From Oligoflexia bacterium (GTDB lineage Bacteria; Bdellovibrionota; UBA1018; CAIMNF01), in NCBI GenBank assembly GCA_903845155.1, contig CAIMWN010000287.1, positions 1-17,311 on the forward strand: DNA of 17,311 nucleotides, read 5' to 3'. Both the position numbers and the translations under genes were made by a program. This document shows, one piece after another, positions 7,533 through 12,097 of the stretch. Numbering within the stretch: position 1 is the first letter of the stretch; each line of letters starts with the position of its first letter. A model generated the notes under the pieces. It made no database searches and was not told the DNA's origin. It saw only the letters and a program-made list of their open reading frames with translations.

Positions 7533-9911
7533 ATGATGAAAACCATAATTGCAATTATAGGAATGATGCAAGTAGTGGCCTTTGCCGGACCCTCAACGCT
7601 CGACGTGAAGAAACGGGGTGAGCAAGAAATCAAGCAAATTGTTCAACCGATCCTCACTCAGTACTGTCATGAACAATGCGAAATCATTGGTGCGAGCACT
7701 GAAGTGGATGTTGCCGTTCAAGACGAAGCTACTCCCGGTTTTGAAGACAATGTAGGAAAGGCAACCTTGACTCCGGTTTCAGGTAAAGTGCAAATCCTCG
7801 TGGACAAATTTCTATCAGATACCAAAAGAAAACAAGTAACCGATCTCATCGCTGAACACTTAAAGCAACTCGACTATAGAGTTGAAATTGAAAGCACGAT
7901 TAAGGAATTTCCTCAGCCTGCGGCTTCCGGATATCGCGTAGCTGAACTCCGTGAAAAGGTGACCAGAGACATCAAGGCATCTATGCAAAGTCTGATCAAT
8001 CAATTTTGTGCAGATTCATGTATTTTAGGACAGTTTGATGTGCAAACTGAAGTAGTGAATGCCGATGAAGTCAATTACGGTTCAAGCCAGGATTATTTTC
8101 AAGATGGTCCAGCAGCGATTCGGGTCCGAAATGTGAAGGCGACCGTGATGGTGGATCAATCTCTTCCAAAAGAAGAAGCAGCCGGAATTGTGGAGATGGC
8201 GAAAGTTAAATTAAGCCAATACAAAAATGCCCAGGTGACGAGTGAAGTGATGAATTTTCCGAAAACTTCAAGCATGCTCGCAAAAAATGGAATTTACGGC
8301 AATGGCCGCTATCCAGCGGGCGTTGACGGAAAAAATAGTGAAACCAGTGAATCTAAAGATTCAAAATTAGACGCTAAGAGTGACTCAAAATATGATTCTA
8401 AAACTGATTCGAAGTACGATGCCAAAACTGATTCAAAATACCAATCGTTAACAGACGCTAAAGAACAAACTACGCGCTCTGATGCTCGTTCTGAATCCTT
8501 GAAAAAGAATGAAACGAATAGCAATAGCAATAGCAATAATAATACTGAAAATAAATCTGAGAAATTTGAACGCTTTGAGAAAATTGAGCGCGTTGAAAAT
8601 GGAGATGCCGTTCAACAAGTGCTTGAAAAATTCCGCGTATACGGAATTATTCTTTCTGCGATCATGCTTGCTTTATTATTTAGTTTAGTTGCCATATCAT
8701 TTCGAAGAAACAATTGGGGTGGCGCGAAGGCAACTGATCAGGCGCATTCGCCAAAAGCTGAACAGGGTTCAAAAGGCGCGCCAAGTGCCGAGTCTGGTGT
8801 TCTTACTAGTGACGAGAAATCGGCGCTCATCGGAAAGAGGATTGAAGCCGATCGTCTCTTTAATGACCTTACTCAAATTTTTTCCGAACAGCCTAAAGTT
8901 GCGAAATATGTATTCACTCATGTTTTGACCGAAGAAGGCGTAGAGACTGCCGCCCAGTATTTGGAGATTTTTGGTGAAACCGTAATTATGGATCTGCTTC
9001 GCGATCCCGGTCTTCAGTCTGACTTGTCAGAACTGATGGATTTTTACGCTAAAAATACTTTTGATATTAATGATGATGAGACGTTAATGCTATTGAAGAA
9101 GCTCCATCATCGAACCGTCACCGCCAAAATGCAAGTTCATGGCAGCCGCTCCGCCGTGTTGTTCGATTTCTTGGCAGATATGGATACTCCACAGATTTTT
9201 GAAATGATCAAAAATGAATCGAATACAGTGAAGGCCATTGTCCTCACTCAGTGTGATCAGAAGAAACGTCAGGCTATTTTTGCATCTTATGATGACCATA
9301 ATCGTCTGAAACTGATGACCGAACTTTCTCGCATTGATCATTTACCAAAAAATTATATTTTCAACGTGGCCTCAGCGCTTCGTCGTAAGAAAGCTGAGAA
9401 TCCAAAACTCAATACTGAAGCGCTTCCGGGCACCGATGTGTTGGTCAGTTTCCTTGAAAAGGCGAGTGTGGATACCCAACGCACCATCATTCATCAACTC
9501 ATGTCTTCGGCTGGGGGCGATGTGCTCAATAACTTGAAAGCGAAGCTCGCCAGTGTGGAGACCTTGAGATTTGTGAAGGACGCCCAACTGACTGAAGTAA
9601 TTACCCATGTAAAACATGATGAACTTCTTCAGTTTCTACAGGGCTGTAGTAAGGATGTGCGAGAATCGGTGCTGTCTAAAGCACCGCAAGATCTTGCAGC
9701 TGATCTGAGTGATGGTCTGCAACTTTCTGAGCCGGTCAATCGTGATACCTACATCGCCGTTGAACGTAAGATCATCAATAGAATTAAGGTCCTTGCGAAC
9801 CAAGGGCAGATCAGTCTTACAGAAGTGAATGAACGGATGTTTGCAGAAGAGTTTGGATTTAATCATTCAAACCCTGACGTAACTGAAGTTGGATACGGGA
9901 AGGTAGGTTAA
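7533..9911 (+). CDS. Bitopic membrane protein with periplasmic tandem RBM-like repeats (FliF/SctJ-like topology), one TM helix and a cytoplasmic full-length FliG-like module
   Basis: The ATG directly abuts the upstream TAA (7530-7532); SD GAGAGGAAG. Signal peptide MMKTIIAIIGMMQVVAFA|GP. Two about 100-aa repeats (aa ~31-128 and ~145-244). Low-complexity linker. TM helix aa 369-390 (VYGIILSAIMLALLFSLVAISF) followed by RRNN (positive-inside). By hand, aa ~424-765 align with FliG N/M/C: LTSDEKSALI.. vs FliG LSG.EKAAILL; DTPQIFEMIKNESNTVKAIVLTQCDQKKRQAIFASYDDHNRLKLMTELSR vs ..LIRDEHPQIIATILVHL...AADIL..F.E.LR.DVM.RIA; DAQLTEVITHVKHDELLQFLQGCSKDVRESVLSKAPQDLAADL....EPV......VERKIINRIKVLANQGQISL vs DRSIQRLLQEVDSESLLIALKGA...LREKFL.NMSQRAA..LRDDL...GPVR...VE..QK.IL.IVRRLAE.GE.V. 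Confidence 0.7.
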   Translation: MMKTIIAIIGMMQVVAFAGPSTLDVKKRGEQEIKQIVQPILTQYCHEQCEIIGASTEVDVAVQDEATPGFEDNVGKATLTPVSGKVQILVDKFLSDTKRKQVTDLIAEHLKQLDYRVEIESTIKEFPQPAASGYRVAELREKVTRDIKASMQSLINQFCADSCILGQFDVQTEVVNADEVNYGSSQDYFQDGPAAIRVRNVKATVMVDQSLPKEEAAGIVEMAKVKLSQYKNAQVTSEVMNFPKTSSMLAKNGIYGNGRYPAGVDGKNSETSESKDSKLDAKSDSKYDSKTDSKYDAKTDSKYQSLTDAKEQTTRSDARSESLKKNETNSNSNSNNNTENKSEKFERFEKIERVENGDAVQQVLEKFRVYGIILSAIMLALLFSLVAISFRRNNWGGAKATDQAHSPKAEQGSKGAPSAESGVLTSDEKSALIGKRIEADRLFNDLTQIFSEQPKVAKYVFTHVLTEEGVETAAQYLEIFGETVIMDLLRDPGLQSDLSELMDFYAKNTFDINDDETLMLLKKLHHRTVTAKMQVHGSRSAVLFDFLADMDTPQIFEMIKNESNTVKAIVLTQCDQKKRQAIFASYDDHNRLKLMTELSRIDHLPKNYIFNVASALRRKKAENPKLNTEALPGTDVLVSFLEKASVDTQRTIIHQLMSSAGGDVLNNLKAKLASVETLRFVKDAQLTEVITHVKHDELLQFLQGCSKDVRESVLSKAPQDLAADLSDGLQLSEPVNRDTYIAVERKIINRIKVLANQGQISLTEVNERMFAEEFGFNHSNPDVTEVGYGKVG
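8355..8463 (+). repeat. In-frame imperfect 24-nt (8-aa) tandem repeat encoding [ST]DSKYD[AS]K units
   Basis: Translation is KDSKLDAK-SDSKYDSK-TDSKYDAK-TDSKYQSL-TDAK. The nucleotide units (gattctaaaactgattcgaagtac / gatgccaaaactgattcaaaatac) are visibly related. The repeat lies in the periplasmic juxtamembrane linker of the 792-aa protein. Confidence 0.8.
8517..8543 (+). repeat. Hexanucleotide microsatellite (AATAGC)x3 followed by AATAATAAT, encoding NSNSNSNNN
   Basis: Direct reading: aatagc aatagc aatagc aataat aat. The unit length is a multiple of 3, so slippage would keep the frame. Confidence 0.85.
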
Positions 9912-9915
9912 TACT

Positions 9916-10701
9916 ATGAATATTTCATCATTAGTGGGCATTTTTATTGGCATGGCAGTAGTAGGGGCCTCCTTATCTGAGACGGGGATGGATGTTAAAT
10001 TCTTCCTGAACTTTCACGGTTTGGTCATTGTTTGCGGAGGAACGCTGGCGGCAGCGGCCATTAGCTTTCCGCTATCGAAGATTTTTATGCTCGCAAAAGT
10101 ATTTTTCCTGCGACTCGTAGGTAAAAATAAAGTGGATTATCAGGGAACGATTGAGCAAATGTTGGAGTTGAATAAGAAACTTTCATTGGGTTTGGTCGGT
10201 TCACATGAAGCCATTGCGGGAATTAACAATGAATTTTTAAAAGAAGCTGTGACTTTGGTAGCAGATGGAGTGTTGAGTGAAAAAGAGATTAGATGTGTTC
10301 TAGACCAGAGACTGAGAACGATTGAACATCATTATATGCATGAAGCAAATATGTTTAAGGTGATTGGGAAGTATCCGCCTGCATTTGGACTATTAGCAAC
10401 TACACTTGGAATGATCGCACTTCTTCAAAAAATTGGCCAACCCGGTGCCGAAAAACTGATTGGTCCAGCGATGGCAATTGGACTTGTGGGTACTCTCTAC
10501 GGGATTGGTCTTGCCAATTTGCTTTTTTTACCGATATCGGAAGCTCTTGTTGAAAAAACAGAAGAGGAAATTACACTTCGCAAAATGATTATTGAAGGTT
10601 CAGTCCTCTTGAAGCAAAGAGTGAGCCCCGTTTATATGCGTGAGAGCTTAAATTCATTTCTTCTTCCCCGTGATCGCGTGGTTCGTAGAAAGGCAGCGTA
10701 A
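9916..10701 (+). CDS. motA: Flagellar-type stator A subunit (MotA/PomA subfamily of the MotA/TolQ/ExbB family)
   Basis: 261 aa in a four-TM layout: two N-terminal TMs, a ~100-aa cytoplasmic loop, then two C-terminal TMs. Conserved channel motifs YPPAFGLLATTLGMI and IGPAMAIGLVGTLYGIGLANLLFLPISE (compare PomA [30 protein letters not shown]). The ATG lies 4 nt after the upstream stop. Confidence 0.85.
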   Translation: MNISSLVGIFIGMAVVGASLSETGMDVKFFLNFHGLVIVCGGTLAAAAISFPLSKIFMLAKVFFLRLVGKNKVDYQGTIEQMLELNKKLSLGLVGSHEAIAGINNEFLKEAVTLVADGVLSEKEIRCVLDQRLRTIEHHYMHEANMFKVIGKYPPAFGLLATTLGMIALLQKIGQPGAEKLIGPAMAIGLVGTLYGIGLANLLFLPISEALVEKTEEEITLRKMIIEGSVLLKQRVSPVYMRESLNSFLLPRDRVVRRKAA

Positions 10702-10707
10702 TTTTTT

Positions 10708-11556
10708 ATGGCAGTCATACGTAAGCTTGATCCAAATACTGAAGAGTCAAATGAAGGGCCACCGCCGCCCAAGAAATATGATCGCTTTAATCAAGGCCAC
10801 GACGATTCAAATTGGTTAATTAGTTATGCTGATATGATGACCCTGCTTTGCGTTTTTTACATCATGATGTTCAGTATGGCGAAAATGAATACTGCAGAAT
10901 TTGAAAAGGTGAAGAAAGAGGTCGCACAAAACTTGGGAACCAAGTATGAGTCACCTACCGAGAATCTCGGTAAATATGTCACCAATATTTTAACTGAAAC
11001 GGGTGTAGCAAAAGACGCGACCATGGTGAGCGACGGTGTGAGTGTGAGTATCGCGTTTCACTCGACCCTCTTTTTTGATACAATGAGTGCCGAGATTTCA
11101 CCGCAAGGCCGAGAGATTCTAGAAAAAGTCATTGCTGGGCTGGATGAACATCAAAAGCTAAATAAGAAACATTATAAGATAGTGGTAGAAGGGCATACCG
11201 ATAGCCAAGCGATTGTAGGTGGGCCGTTTCCATCCAATTGGGAATTATCGAGTTCGCGTGCGACTCGTGTGATTAGGTTGTTTTTGGATCGTGGATTTCA
11301 GGCTTCCAATCTTCTGGCGATTGGTTATGCCGATACGCAGCCCGTGGCCGACAGTAGGAATCCTGACGGTACATGGAATGCTGAGAACTTAGGTAAAAAT
11401 AGGCGTGTGGTATTAAGAGTGATGCTCCCTGATGTGGATTCGATACCTTGGAAAGTAGCCCCGTCGGGAGTCAAGAATACTGCTACAACAGCAACTCCAG
11501 TCACGGTGGTTGCGCCCGTTTCTGTTGCCCCGGCCCCTGCGGCTCCGGTCAAATAG
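10708..11556 (+). CDS. motB: Flagellar-type stator B subunit (MotB/PomB) with OmpA-like peptidoglycan-binding domain and a Pro/Ala/Val/Thr-rich C-terminal tail
   Basis: NWLISYADMMTLLCVFYIMMF is the single TM carrying the conserved ion-binding Asp (YAD). The OmpA-like core is VEGHTDSQ...SNWELSSSRATRVIRLF...GYADTQPV...NRRVVLRV. The ATG lies 6 nt after the motA stop. The tail is TATTATPVTVVAPVSVAPAPAAPVK. Confidence 0.85.
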   Translation: MAVIRKLDPNTEESNEGPPPPKKYDRFNQGHDDSNWLISYADMMTLLCVFYIMMFSMAKMNTAEFEKVKKEVAQNLGTKYESPTENLGKYVTNILTETGVAKDATMVSDGVSVSIAFHSTLFFDTMSAEISPQGREILEKVIAGLDEHQKLNKKHYKIVVEGHTDSQAIVGGPFPSNWELSSSRATRVIRLFLDRGFQASNLLAIGYADTQPVADSRNPDGTWNAENLGKNRRVVLRVMLPDVDSIPWKVAPSGVKNTATTATPVTVVAPVSVAPAPAAPVK

Positions 11557-11689
11557 TTGTCCCTGTTTACCCAGTTGATTTATTAAACTAGGCAAATCAT
11601 TCCCATGGCAGCCCTTGTTTAATAATGAGATTCTGATTCAAGAGTCAGTGGAGATTCCAATTAAACTAAAAAGCAGGGAGCAATACAGG

Positions 11690-11845
11690 ATGTCTACTCC
11701 AAAGGTTAAAACCATACGTACCAGTTCGATCGAGGTGATTGCACTTATCGCATCCCTGTTTTTTCTCGTGGCCGGCATGACTTTGATTTCGAATGGAAAA
11801 AAGATTTATGCAAATCAGCTCAAATTATCCGAGCGAATTAGATAA
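11690..11845 (+). CDS. Possible 51-aa single-TM small membrane protein (hypothetical)
   Basis: Internal Met of the 11615 ORF: MSTPKVKTIRTSSIEVIALIASLFFLVAGMTLISNGKKIYANQLKLSERIR. It has a basic N-terminus and one hydrophobic helix. A purine-rich AGGGAG lies ~13 nt upstream. There is no homology evidence, so it could be non-coding. Confidence 0.3.
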   Translation: MSTPKVKTIRTSSIEVIALIASLFFLVAGMTLISNGKKIYANQLKLSERIR

Positions 11846-11852
11846 AAAGTGC

Positions 11853-11894
11853 AAAAAAAACCCCAGTCTCGAATGTTGATACACAAGACTGGGG
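11853..11894 (-). terminator. Rho-independent terminator downstream of tRNA-Asn (minus strand); may also stop plus-strand read-through
   Basis: The minus strand reads ccccagtct-(16 nt)-agactgggg-tttttttt, a perfect 9-bp GC-rich stem followed by T8. On the plus strand the same stem is preceded by A8 and followed only by tt. Confidence 0.75.
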
Positions 11895-11970
11895 TTCCCT
11901 AGGTTGGGTGACTTCTCTAAAGTTGTATTTACGGCCAACACTAAATTTCCAACCAAGTGGTTGGCAAATA

Positions 11971-12045
11971 TGGCTCAGGAGGAGGGATTCGAACCCCCGA
12001 CCAATCGGTTAACAGCCGATTGCTCTACCACTGAGCTACTCCTGA
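11971..12045 (-). tRNA. tRNA-Asn (anticodon GUU), CCA-encoded
   Basis: The minus strand folds as a 75-nt cloverleaf: TCAGGAG TA GCTC AGTGGTA GAGC A ATCGG CTGTTAA CCGAT TGGTC GGGGG TTCGAAT CCCTC CTCCTGA G CCA. It has a 7-bp fully paired acceptor stem, the GTTCGAAT T-loop and a CT-GTT-AA anticodon loop. A TAAAAT -10-like hexamer (12059-12054, minus strand) sits ~8 nt upstream of the mature 5' end. Confidence 0.93.
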
Positions 12046-12097
12046 ATAGTAATATTTTAAGTAACCAAAAATCGATTCGTTGTCTATACTAAATTTA

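Noticed and set aside
8309-8536. A 75-aa minus-strand ORF with repetitive FESVLASYFES sequence.
   Set aside because: It is the antisense reading of the in-frame 24-nt repeats inside the 792-aa gene, so it is a repeat artefact.
9916-11556. Reading the MotA/MotB pair as a Zorya-type (ZorAB) anti-phage system, or as TolQR/ExbBD.
   Set aside because: ZorA is much longer, with a long C-terminal tail, and comes with ZorC/D or ZorE; none is present. TolR/ExbD-type partners lack the OmpA-like domain seen here, and no TolA/TonB/Pal genes are adjacent.
11904-12092. A 62-aa plus-strand ORF.
   Set aside because: It runs antisense straight through the tRNA-Asn gene and its 3' trailer. The region is explained by the tRNA.
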